A stretch of 57,131 nucleotides of DNA, counting the filler, from Sphacelaria rigidula (lineage: Eukaryota): NCBI GenBank assembly GCA_964200075.2. It is 7 parts of 7 records of this genome, joined end to end, with 100 filler letters (N's around TTAATTAATTAA, not from the genome) between each part and the next. Parts side by side here need not be neighbours in the genome. Positions count along the whole stretch, not along the records: positions 8,178 to 16,254 come from CAXNAA020012388.1; positions 16,355 to 24,430 come from CAXNAA020012389.1; 5 more parts are not named here. One strand, given 5' to 3'. Numbering within the stretch: position 1 is the stretch's first letter; every line of letters begins with the position of its first letter. Under the pieces are notes generated by a model. It saw only the letters and a program-made list of their open reading frames with translations. It did not search any database and had not been told where the DNA came from. Positions 10,772 through 23,100 of this stretch are shown piece by piece. Position numbers and translations under genes: made by a program.

Positions 10772-13566
10772 GACGACACGCATTTTTGCTCGCGTGTGGC
10801 AGACTTGCCGCGGGCGACGAACTCTCCTGTTTATTGTCCTGCTCATTTTGCGCGGGTCTATTCCGCTGTTGGTGGCAGTAGTCGGCGGCAGCGCGTTGTT
10901 GTTTTCGCCACTGGTGCTGGCGATGCAGAGGCTGCTGAGGAGGGGAGGGGTCAAACCGTCGCTTCGACAGGGGAGACGGAAGGGGACAGGATGGCAGATA
11001 TCAGTAAGCAGGTGTGTGTTCGCTGGAAGGGGCGAGTGTGGCGCGAGAGATGAGAGAAGGTTGGTGCAAGCAAAAACCTTTCAGTATAGAGACGCATAGC
11101 AGATGGGAAAATATGAAGTTTTCGACCTTTGTGTAGACACTTTGCGGTTGAAGCGGATTCGTCGTTAGTTTGGTTCATGGAGTTAAAAATGGACTTGGAA
11201 CCGCGCTTTGTTGGCACACGACATTTTCACCTGTGTTACCCATGCGGGGCGAGCGGGTGCAACCCCTGTCTAAGTGCACCCATGCGCGCCAGACCATGAA
11301 CAGTAGTGCGTACGTGGTTGGTGTGTACGGGGACTCGTCTTATGGTTTCTTGGCGTGGTACCTGCGGAACATAGCTATTCGATAAGCAGCGATTTCTACG
11401 ATCAAAGGATATAGCTGCTGCAGGTATTTTCCGCAAAAACTGCCTCAAGCCAGTACCTCCAAGAGCAATGTTTTTGGTAGTCCGTGAAAACTCTTCGTGA
11501 ACGTAAACAGTGTGTCGAGATTGTATTCGACAGACTTCTGAAGGAACCGTAGCCTGCACGTTGAGCTGCGCAGCTTCGTAAGATCCAAGTGCGTCGGCGA
11601 AGCGGCGCAGATGAGATTACATCCTGTTTCGAACGCAACTCACCCACCCTGCGTCCTCCCGGGCGCCCTAAATCCCGCTTTGCTGGTTCTTGCATGCTAG
11701 GACCAACACAGCAAAACTGCTCTTGTTACGACATACGTGCGGCCTTACGTTGTCCCCCATTTGTTGCTTTTTTTCGTGGCCGTGTGATCTTACCTTCTCC
11801 GCATTTCTTCCATCAGCTCAACCAGGCGAGGGCTGCTGTAGGTTCGAATTTAATGACGATCAATTCTTTCGGGCCGGACGTTGCTCCCACGTCTTCCCGA
11901 GGGTTCAAAAACAAACGAGCCACGGTCTCAAGCAGCAAACGTGCGGCGGCTATTCCGGAAGACCGTCTTAAGCAAGTAAGCTGCGTGACACGCGATTCAC
12001 TTTAGGTCTCCTCATGGACAGGAGAGGGGGAGGGGACAAAGCCTGTCACTTGTTTCAGCATTTCCGCAGCTGGCTAGCTCGATTGATGCTGCCTCTCAGA
12101 TACAAGCGAACGAGAATGATTTGCGTTCTCGTTTCGTCGTCCGTGTAACCGTCCTCTGTTTTGATTTCCTGGTCCATGGTTTCTTCGCGAATGGTTGGGT
12201 TGTGATTTTTGCCCGCTCTCGTGATCGTGGTGTGTGTCTTTCATTTTGGTGTTTCCGGAGGCACTGCCGCCTACATTCTGTGCACGAATTGCTACTGGTT
12301 GATGTCACGTCGGAATTGTTACGTCAGGGAAGCGAGCGGCTCGTCATGTGTTGAATGTAATTTCGAACCGTCGAGTCGGCCGTGGTATTTTCATTGCTCT
12401 CCGATTCTTTCTGGTGTTGCCGTCTGTTCTCTTTTTCCTACTTCCTGCCCCGTGGCCGTATTCTCTGCGGTGCTCCCTACCTGAAATCATGTACACTTTC
12501 GCCAGCCGTTTTCGACAGTGTCGGCGATACCAAAAATATAAAAGACGTACGTCAAGCATCAAACCAATCCACACGCTTCGAAATACAGGCCGTGCACTGC
12601 CAAGGCCACGCACATCATTTCTACTCGATGCCCTTTTCATCGGACTTCCATAATACCAAACGAGCGCAGCGATCAGGGGCACTTTCTCTTTGCCCTGCCT
12701 GAGCACGTGCTTTACCCACCTTTTGGGGAGGGGGGGAATCCCGATGTAACCAGCAAAATTCTCCTCTTGACATGGTCCATTCAATGAACAAAACAAACAA
12801 CGACTGCAGATCATCGCGAGGCAGGACAAGCTGTACGAAAAGCGAAAATGGCGTCTCATCGGAGACAACGTATTCCTGGGCCTCTTGGGCACCAGCGGCG
12901 CTTGGTGTATCTCCTTAAAGGCTGCATGTAGCTACGGCCTAGGAGTAACCCTCGGCACCGCCTACCTCGTCTTGCTTAGCCGCTTCGTTGAGAGCCTTGG
13001 GAAAGTAGGGGATGAGGACGGGGTGGGTGGAGGAAGGGGTGGCGGGGGGGGTGGGGGCCCCGCAAGGCTCGCGCTCGCAGGCTTGTTGGTCTTGATCGTT
13101 GCGAAGAACAAGGAAACGTTCGAGTTCATCCCTGCGGTTTCGGGTTTCCTCGCGTACCAGGTAAGTCTAACGTTTTCACCTTTTTTTGCATGTAAAGGCT
13201 CTGTAGAGCATGACCGGACCGTCGCGCAAGCTGCTCGGCGCTTGTGCTTTTTCGGCAGAAATGTGGGCGCGGAAGAGACCGGCCTCCCGAGGGGTCATTA
13301 CTGCTGGAGACCCTGTACCGTTACTGCCGGAGAGCCTTTGGCGGAGCAGTCGAATGAGAGCACTGTAGCAGTGAGGCCGTGGACATGACACTGAAACAGT
13401 GGCACCAATTGCTCTGGAACCTCCCACCACCTCCTTCATTGCACGTGCGCGCACGTTCGTGTGTGTTCGCGTGTTTGTTCTCTTGTTTTCATCGCAGGTT
13501 GCAACGTTGGTGCAAGGTATCTACACGGATTTCGATGACGAGGAGGATGCGGAGGCCGTTGCATGA
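10772..13566 (+). CDS. CGL160: ATP synthase protein I (AtpI/UncI)-domain protein, CGL160-like plastid CF0 c-ring assembly factor
   Basis: Phase-0 exons 10772-11011 (less certain), 11817-11975, 12810-13160 and 13498-13566 (TGA). The protein has LYEKRKWRLIGDNVFLGLLG...SYGLGVTLGTAYLVLLSRFVESLG...GPARLALAGLLVL...IPAVSGFLAYQVATLVQG, a four-TM Atp1/CGL160 pattern. The start exon is unresolved. Confidence 0.8.
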
Positions 13567-16254
13567 AGTACGACGACGCGCTGTGACCTTTCTCTCTCGC
13601 ACACTTTATATCGATTCAGTCCGGTACACCCTCGTAGTGTTTTCCGGATTTTGGAGGTCATGCTTGCCTAGGGGACGGCGTGAAAGCTGTAATTGAGTCT
13701 GCGTGATAGACTGTGAGTATTGTTTGGGGACTCAGTACTGACTGACGCTGGTCTGTTTGTGTAGACGTTGCTGATGTTTACGAAGCAGCGGAGTCTCAAT
13801 GGGGCAAACGGAAAGGTGGTGTGGCGATACTTGGAACTGTATGTCGAGAAGAAACCGTGTGAATGACCGGGAAGCATCCAATTGATCCAATCTACAGGTG
13901 AAAGTGCGCCAGTGCACCAGATCTAGTTCAATCTGCTCTCTGCCTGCAGTATTGTGGACGGCGCTGTAGTAGGACGGTGCTACCGGTGTCACCTTTTCGG
14001 ATCGATCGACAAAAAGAGGTGTTTCTGTTTTTTTCAATCGATTGACAGAAACTAGCTACATTTTGTTTTCGCATTATGATATTCTTCACCCTATGCGTGT
14101 GAAATTGATCCCTCGTGATGGTTGAGTGGGGGAATGTTGTGCCCCGTCTCTGACGGTGTTTCTGCACTGTAGCGGGGCAGGCCGGATTTCTGGTTGATGA
14201 ACAACTCTTGAATAGTGTCTGTTCCTATTTTTACACATTTTCCGTACATATTTTCCATTTCGTTTTTCTTTCATATGTAAAAATGAACGTTTTGAACGAT
14301 TTCCCCTGACATGGTTGGTTCACCATTATTTTTATATTTGGGAAGTAGTTCCTCCCAAAACCAGCACGCTGCTCGTTTCATGCAGTTTGAGGCACGCCCA
14401 GCCCTGATAAATGTGCACAGCCCGCCTGCACTGCATGTAGTTATGATCATGCTCTTGGGGTCGCTCATGATATTGGGCGCCTGCGCTGCTGACGTAGTGT
14501 ACTGCGTGATGTGCAATGCGTAGAATGTGGGCCCAACTCTATAATAGTTGGCACAAATAACACTATCATTCTTCATACAGTATCTTCGGGTGGAGAATGG
14601 AAAAGGGGATGGTGTTTATTTGGAAGAATTTCGCCGTCGTCTGAGTCTCTTGCATGATGTATTTTCAAGTGAAAATCATGCCATCTGAACACATGACTCG
14701 CTCAGGCGCTCAACAGCTCCAAAACGTCCCTAACCTGAGTGTGGAAAGATGCGCTATCGGCTAGATGTGCTCGTGAGTTTCCTGTGCACTACATGTTTAT
14801 GTAGTGAAGTTTCAAAAGGGGTCGATTTTCGACAGTGTCATGCCTAGAAGTACGCTGTAAAATGCCCGTGCATTCATTTGCCCGCGTCATATCTTGAGAT
14901 TTTTCGCGCCCCCATCGAGGCTGGACACGCAGTAGTAGACGACTCTTGGAGAAATCCATGCAGGATGCTCGACACAAAAGAGCGACCCAGTCAACGCAAA
15001 TCTTGGCACTACCCCGGGCCCAAATCGGCGAATCTGAGGGAGAGGGGGGAGGGAGCGGCAACGGTCATTAGAGCCAACAAACCGGATGAAATCCGCTGTA
15101 CCCTGTCGATTGCATTTACTAATGCAGAGCAGGGAGCGGGCTATTGTGTACAACAAATGAACCGACAGCAAACATTCCGCAATATGTAAAATGCGGCGGA
15201 ATGCAAACACGTCGAGAGAGTAGAAGGACCGAACATCTGGTACAATCACACCGCGGCGCGTTGCGTGTGTTGTTGTGGAGAGACACGTCGTATCCTGATT
15301 TCTGTGTGGCCATCCTTAGTTTCTACTGCTACTCGCGGATGATTCGCCGTCGCCACCAGCGCGAATGAAGGCGCAATGAGGGTCACTACATTTAGAGATG
15401 GCGGCCAGTGTGATCAGTGGGCCGGTTCGGCGGGGCGCACGTTGAAGCTACTGAAGCTCGCCGCGGGAACGTTCGAGTCGGCGCATGTTCTCGACGACTT
15501 GTCGTCGTCGACGACACCGTCGCCCTTCCAATCCCAGCTTCCCTCGTGGATTTCTGAACCATTCGATCCGTCGGTAACTGCTGCTGAATTGTCATCACCT
15601 GACCCGGGTGGTCAACGCCGCAGAGTGAGACACCCACCACAGTAGTAGAGCTGTAGTAGTGCCCGCCTGATGTAGTCTTTCCGTTCACGATTTGCGTGTT
15701 CAAGTCCCTGCGGTACAGCGCGACCTGCCATTGGCGCATATTCATCATGTTGTAATTGCGGCATGTACCCTTGCTTGACGATTATGCCGCACTGCTCAGA
15801 CATGTCCCATGGTGGGCAGTGTGCTACGTTGTATCACACACGCCTTTGTTCGTCGCTACCCGCAAGCAGCTGCTACAGCAATAAAAACTGTACGCGATCG
15901 ACACAAATCACCCCTGGAGTTTTTGACGCAGGAACGGCAGCGCCCTTGGAGAGAGGGACGATCCTGTCGTCTCGTTCGATGGGAGAAGGCTGGCCTGGCG
16001 GCGACGGCAAGGCGCGACGTCTCATCACCAACACAAAAGGAATCAGCATCTCCTAGGACCAGGCGCCAACTCCTTGTGGATATTCCATATCGAATGTGTC
16101 CACCGCATACTCCTCCTGGCTACACAACAAAGGTGCGCTAAACATGGAGCTGAGAGGGCGCTGGAACTCAGACACCGCTGCTTCGTCGGCTACAGATTAG
16201 CCTCGTCCACTTTCACGCGAACGGTCGCAAGCCCCCCCCCCCCCGACTACAACT

Positions 16255-16354
16255 NNNNNNNNNNNNNNNNNNNNNNNNNNNNNNNNNNNNNNNNNNNNTT
16301 AATTAATTAANNNNNNNNNNNNNNNNNNNNNNNNNNNNNNNNNNNNNNNNNNNN
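16255..16354. other. Artificial contig linker N44-TTAATTAATTAA-N44
   Basis: Identical to the other linkers. Confidence 0.98.
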
Positions 16355-16420
16355 GAAAGCACTGTTTTGGGCTTGAGCCTCATCTCGAAGTTAAACCTCA
16401 ATTTGCACAATTTGTTGTTA
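16355..16420 (+). repeat. End of a high-copy dispersed repeat with a (TTG)n tail; also at 40882-40937 (+) and 48882-48956 (-)
   Basis: GAAAGCACTGTTTT.GGC.TGA.CCTCATCTC..AGTTAAACCTC.ATT.GCACAATTTGTTGTT, wholly or partly, at three contig ends. Confidence 0.85.
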
Positions 16421-16791
16421 CTAGTTGAAACATTTCAATCTCCGTTACGTGCTCATTTGAACAGACAGCACTCGAAATCGGTGCCCCTTGCCTGTGCACT
16501 ACAAAGTTTTCGGCACCCGCTCCCAGCGTTGTCCCTGTTGTGCATCACATCACCTTTGTTCCACATACATACGTTGTCTCAACTTCGTTGGATAACAAGC
16601 CTTCGCTCTGCACTACGCAGTCCGAGTTCGCGGTCTACAACCCAAGCTTTGTATAAGCTTTTGTGCTGCCTTACGCTGCACAGTTTTCGTGCGCATCAGA
16701 GAAAATATATCTATATCTTTAGTTCTTTTGATTTGCACACCGCCAGTCGTTCCTCAACTTGTGCCGGGATCATGCAGTTATAGTCTGCCCG

Positions 16792-17090
16792 TGACGCTAC
16801 ATCCAGACCACGTGTAAGTTGTTCTTCCACGTACCAACGCTGCTACAGACACTCGGGTCTTCGCTTGTCTTCGGCGATATACGCCTATTCTGCGTACAAT
16901 CCCGTGCTAGCTATTACTGCCACAACTTGAATAAAGTTGTATTAATCAGACCCGGAGATAGTTGTTACAAACCGCAATTCGCTTGAATAAATTACTCAAG
17001 TAATTCAGGTCCCACGGTCCCCTCAGACGCTATTAGGCTTCATTATCCAGTATTTTCCGGATCAAGCTTCGGCTTCTGCACGTAGCATCA
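16792..17090 (+). repeat. Probable 5' LTR (299 bp) of the Gypsy element
   Basis: Termini TGACGCTAC...GTAGCATCA (9-bp inverted, 1 mismatch) and an internal AATAAA near 16930. TGGTGTCA follows 2 nt after the end. No second LTR is in the contig to confirm it. Confidence 0.6.
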
Positions 17091-17092
17091 CC

Positions 17093-17108
17093 TGGTGTCA
17101 CACTCCTT
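17093..17108 (+). promoter_or_regulatory. Putative primer-binding site (TGG...)
   Basis: TGGTGTCACACTCCTT directly after the LTR-ending CA and upstream of the gag ATG at 17176. The cognate tRNA was not identified. Confidence 0.45.
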
Positions 17109-20100
17109 TGATTAGAGCCGCAGACCAGACATACTGCACCTTCCTTTTTAAGCACAAAGGCTGCGTACGATCATCATGTCGCACAACAATAACGCTGGCT
17201 CTTCCCCTCAATTGGAAAACCAACCGCTTCGCCGGACCCGGAGTCAAACTACTGGCGGTTCGAAATCTTTCAAGATGAGCGGCACGCCACCTTCAACACA
17301 TCGCCGCACGTATGCGAGCGCTGTTCGTTCTTCGGGATCTGAAGATCAACACTCGAGCGAAGCTCATTCTTCAACACTTGAAGACCAGACTTTGACGCCG
17401 AGACCTGTTCTCTCACGTTCCGACTCGGACTCAGAGAACATGGTAGTGCACCCGGCCGAGTCATTGGTTTCTGACGCGCATGTCAGTGAGCCCATAACGG
17501 TGGATTCCGTCGCACACCCCTCGCTGACCCCTGCTCTCCCGAATCCCAATGTGGAATCCGGAGTTAGGATTGTGCCCTCAGTCGAGTCGTTGCCCCTGGA
17601 CACACGTGTCCAGCTCGGCCCTGTCACGGTTGCTTCAACCGTGGCACCCCGTCGCTTGACGGCTGACAAATCTCGAGACAATTCTGTCCCGACGAAGCGC
17701 ATCGCTTCTGGAGCAAGAGACTTTGTCACACAGGCTGCTTCCGTTACGGACCCCCTTCGCACGACACTTGATAGTCCCATGCGCCTTACTGCGCAGTCCA
17801 ATGTCGGACCTGCAGTTGCAGCCATGCATGCTGCCATGCAAACTCTGCATCGCACCTCCTCGGCGTCATCACCATCGCCAGCGCCAGCTCTCATCGAGGC
17901 ATTTACGGCTTTTTGCCACGCCACGCTCCAAGATCAGTCAGCGTCTGCTCATGTGCAATTCAATGATGACCCGTACGTCTGGCGACCCGTTTGGCGACAT
18001 TGCGTCCTCCGTTCGTCACTCATGATAAATTCGACGAACATGAGTCCGACCCTTCCTCAACGTCGCAGCAGAGCCATACTCGCGCTTCTGACCGGCGCCG
18101 CACACCGAGACTTGGTCATGACTATGTCTGCCGTTCTAGCAGTTCTGAGGGCCACTCCCAGCAAAGCTTCAACTCATCGCGCGCTTCCACACGCCCGAAC
18201 AGTATCGCTCATGGACACAAATATAGAGGCAGCTCGCGCCATAGTTCCAATTCATCCCGCGCTCCTAAGCGCCCGGTGAACAATAACCATGACCGTACAC
18301 ACTACGATGCCTTGCGGCCCAGATCAACTTCTTCGCGCGTTAACTCGCGCTTGAACAACTCCGATCATGCACCTTCACGCATCTCTACTGCTCAGCCTTT
18401 GTCGCACAACCGTTATGTACGCAATGATAACACTGTGCATGCTGACGATATCCAAAACATATTTTCGGACATGTCACCGGCTTCGGGATCCTCACTTGCA
18501 GAATCCGACCGCACTTCATCGCACAACCGACGACAACGCACTGACCGCGAATCACCGTCCCGTTCCGACGCTGCGCTTATTCGTTCTCTGCAATAATGTT
18601 TGACAGATCTCGAACGGCAACTCGCAACAGAAACTATGGACACCAAGTGCACTACCGCTGCTGCCGAGCCTACGAGGGAGATCACCAACGCCGCTCCCAC
18701 TACCGCCGCAGCCGCCACTACCGTGGTCTCTGCGTCTTCTACCGCAGCCACTGCAGCCATGGCCCCAACTCCTGCTGCCGCCCAGCCTGCAGTAGACACT
18801 GATGCGGATAGTGGTCCCACCACTGCCCCTGACGGGGACGTCTCCGTGCGCTCGCCTCCTTCGGTGGAGGACCTTCCTCCGCTCGGCGACGAGCATTGCC
18901 CCACCGGTCTTTTTTTAAGATTATTCCAGGATCGCCCCCGCGCGGAACAGGAACAGCTCATTCAAGACTATAAGTACCAAGCCCCGGCGCTAGCTCGCAA
19001 TATACTAGACCAACAACGTAATGCTGACGAGGCTGCCGCCCGCCTCCTTTTGAAGGAACATGCTGCAAAGCTCGAGGATTTTCAGCGACAGGCTTCACTT
19101 GCCCAAGCCACCAAGACGGCGGCGCACAGGGCATTGTAGGAAGGGCAGACTGCAGCCTTGACGGCACAAAGGAGAGTTCGCGAGCTACAAGATCATGTTC
19201 GGCGCACTACGCAAGAAGCAGATTCGTCGATGGCGCGGGTGACTCAGCGTCAAGCCTCCCCGCTGCCTTCCGCCGACCACTTGCTTGAAGCTAGACCTCC
19301 TCGACAGCCCACGAACACCAGATCGGACTACGTGATTCCACGTAAGTCCGACAGGGCGTCATCTGTCGCGGCCGTCGCCACCCCCACGCCGCCTCGTGCA
19401 CCTGGCCCGGCGGTCACTGCCAGCCCCCCCACACGCTTGCAAATTGTGTCTCACGAACGAGACTGGCTTTCTCGTCCTGTGTCGACCTATACTGGTCCCT
19501 TCGACCGGCGAAACCACCTGCACTGCTCCCCAATCGCATGGGCCTTGATATCCCAACGTATGTTTTACACGGTTGGGGTGTATGTTGAACAGAACGGCTT
19601 CCTCCCCAAGGCAGGTGTCTCGGTGCTCACCTTGGGCCAACTAGTTTTTCAGACTACCGTTGGCGATCACCGGGACCACCACACTAACGTTGAAGCGGTC
19701 GAGGAACGTTTTGCTGCACTTCGCGCTGCCTACAACACTCATCTCGGCGCTACCTTCAACGGAGACGAAGACGAAGATGGGTGGACTCCCGCAACACCCA
19801 ACTGCCGGGGACAGAAGAAAAAACACCGGCGCGACGACGATGATACCGATGGAGGGGATTCACGCCGCCGCCATGGCGGTGGAAGATCTTTTTCAAGCAG
19901 TTCCGGACCGAACCGTCCACCCGGCAAGCCGAAAGGGAAGCACACTGGAGGCAACTCTTCCGGATCATCGGCATCAGCCTGGAACCGGTCCGGTGCAGCT
20001 CTTCCTGCCTCGGGCTCGGAGACCCCCAGGCAAGTGGTTCCTAAGTTGGCTGATGTTTCGGCCCGCATTTTAGGATTGTCCGATACGGATACACCTGACC

Positions 20101-23100
20101 GTCCTTTGTACTCTACTGCAGCCCGCGCTTTAGCAACCGCCGCGGCTGATAAAGAACGTTCGGAAGCTAGCAAAAAAGCAGCTTCCGATAGAGCTGAGTC
20201 TGCCCGAGTAGCTGCAATACAAAGACAGTATATTCAGATGGATGTGAAAAAACTCTGGCACATAAAAACCATGCCTGCCGCGGATAACGAGGATTCGGGC
20301 CAGTTTACTTGTGCCCTCATCACGTCCATCCGCTGCACTGTTTGTAACATCCTTCACTTGGCGGATGTGACTGGCACATAACGTTTCGAAGATTCCGACT
20401 GGGTAGAGGGCTGGCAGACCCCTTTGCACAAAGCAATGCATCGATCGATCAGCCGCCGCTCTCCCGACCTCGCTGCTTCTCTGACGCAGGTTCTCGACAG
20501 ATGCCTCGCCGAGATGGACCCGGATCGTGCCAAGGGAAGACAGGCCCGGTATTACTCTCTGATTTGGAGAGGCGTCAATTCGGTTACTTCGATAAGAGTG
20601 ACCAGGCTAGTGCCATCCAGAGGCTGAGTTCCTTTGTTGTCGCCTCTGATGTCCCCTTCGCGGACTAGCTCCGCGAATTTAAGCTTTTGGTTTTGGGTAC
20701 GACGAGAGTCGGACGTCAGAACGGACCGAGTGACGCAATGTGTCAGACTTACGTCCGCAATAGCGTTGCTCATCAGTATGCGGCTCTGATGCCGTCGTTA
20801 TCTCCGGGTGTCTTGGCGCATCGCGAGGTGCCTTACGCCTCCGTTGATACTATGTGGTCTGCTTTTGTACACCAAGAGGGTAATCTAACGCCTGCCATAC
20901 GTGGCAAACCTTCTACGTCTGTGCGTTCACAACCCACGGTTGTGTCCTCCGCTCATGCCCACGGGGCTCGCGGCAGGAATTCGAGCTCGTCTCGCGTTTC
21001 ATGGACCCCCGACTCAGTCGCCGGTTCAGTTATGCATGTTCAGAGTACCAGAGATGCATTTAGCGCGAGTTTTGACGGTTGGCCGTTTTCCGAGGAAACT
21101 TGGGATGATGTTTATTTGACTTCAACAACGGCATTCATAACCGATGATCCGCATTTGTGGAACCCACTTCTTTCGTCTTCCGCTAGACGCAAGGCCTTCA
21201 GCAGTCATGCCAACAGTTGCATCAACTGTAGTGTTCAAGGCCACAGCATGCGCGACTGTGACAGTCCATACGTCAATGCCTTTGATCTCATGAACCCTGA
21301 ATTGCAGGTCAATGAACCCGCGTGGCGCCGATGGCAAAAACGCATGCGCGACTATCGTCCACCAACTCGAAATTACCGCAACAGTTCGAACCAACGTGGC
21401 AACAAAAGTTCTTATCGCGGTCGCCGACACAACAACAACCACGGAAGCCCTCGCCAGAAGGATCAAAATTCTCGCGACAACAAACGTTCCGCTGATAGAC
21501 ACCAGCGGACGGGACCGACACAAAGTTCTAATCCCAACACCAGAAACCCTGGTACCTTCACTACGGATCGCTTAGATCCATGACGTGCCGACGCCGGCGT
21601 TCTTCGGTCTTCCACGCCGTCGATAGCACGAGTGAAGATTTTTTCAACACAGCCCGCGGAGTCCGTGTCAAAAATTACTCACTCGACTTCCCCGGCACTA
21701 TCCAGGAGCGTAACTGACGGCCGTGCATATCGACCCCCGTCTCGAACCTCCACACAATTTTCAACACAGCCCACAGAGCCCGCGACTAAGATTGTCCGCC
21801 CGGCTCTCCCGGCACTATGCAGGAGTGCAACTGACGGCCGTTCAAAACGACCCCCGTCTTCATCCCTCCACACACCGCGTAACAGTTGTGTCACCCCGCG
21901 ACTCAGATCTACACCGGGCACTGAACTTGGTCCTTCAGTACCGAGTATAAGTCTGAGGTGTGGGAATACCAACCGCCAGTCCCTGAGGAAACGGCTTCCC
22001 TCAGCGACCGCACGCACAGGTAGCAGCAAGCCTTTTTCGGCTGACCCAAGTGTTGCTGATTTGAACCTGACCACATCGGATCATGTAATTCCCAATCAGT
22101 TCGATCGGGCTCCTTCCCCGCGATTTTCAAGACGCACGGACCTACCTTCGGCCGGCTTTATTAACAACCGCCCCAACATATCTTCGGCTATGCCCCAACA
22201 GCCAAACTTGCCTACGGAAAGCAGGCCACAAGTTTCGCTCCGTCATGCCCCGATGCTGACCCCATCCACGCAACTAGACGCAGTTGTGGTGTCATTCCCA
22301 AATGTTTTGGAAGTTCTCCGACCTTCGTCACGGCGAAAGAGAAAGCCCCGTAAGCATGCCTCCAAGGACGCGGGTGCATCATTACGTACACCTCTTTCGA
22401 GCGGAAATCCTCGACCTCAATCTCTCCAAAATGCGACGACTTTGAGCTCGACGGCTCTATCAAGTATCCCGGAAGAAACAAAATCACATGGTTCTGACGG
22501 CACTACTTCTCCAATCGACGGCTCCAGCCCCGCACATCCTGGATCCCCCTTTGACAGTGATCCCTGTCAACCAAAGACGATCATTTACGAAATGGCCAAT
22601 GACCGTGGCACACCTGGAAATATTATACCGTCCACACCCTTCTCTGGTGAGACATCTGACCCACCGACGGATCACCCGCCGTGCGTTTTTGCTGTCAGCC
22701 CCGCTGATCCTGACCAGTTTACCTTGCCGGAACACGGTCTGGATCTTGTCGGCGGCAAAGTGTCTGTCGATCCGGCCACTTTTACTACTCGCATTGCGAT
22801 CCATGCCGGTTCAAACGCTATCACGCCTACGAAATGCGTATCCTTGTTGGACAGCGGCAGCCTGCAAACGTTTATTCAAGGATCAACATGGGAACACATG
22901 AAACAGACCGGCGCTGCTACTGCAGCTTGCGAAACCACCACCAAACCTCGCGTGTAGGGCGGTTTCGGCGACTCGGCCGCGCCGCTGACGACTCGTAAAT
23001 CCGTACGTCTCAGCGTGCAATTCTTTCATAACACCACTCGATCTGCCAGCCTGGTAGTCTGGGCATACGTTGTCCCCGACAGCACCATGCATCACGCCAT

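Noticed and set aside
14789-16056. Possible minus-strand exons at the end of contig 2
   Set aside because: No consistent exon chain or recognisable domain.
17364-20173. Antisense ORFs within the gypsy gag region as extra genes
   Set aside because: Shadow frames of GC-rich coding sequence with no motifs.
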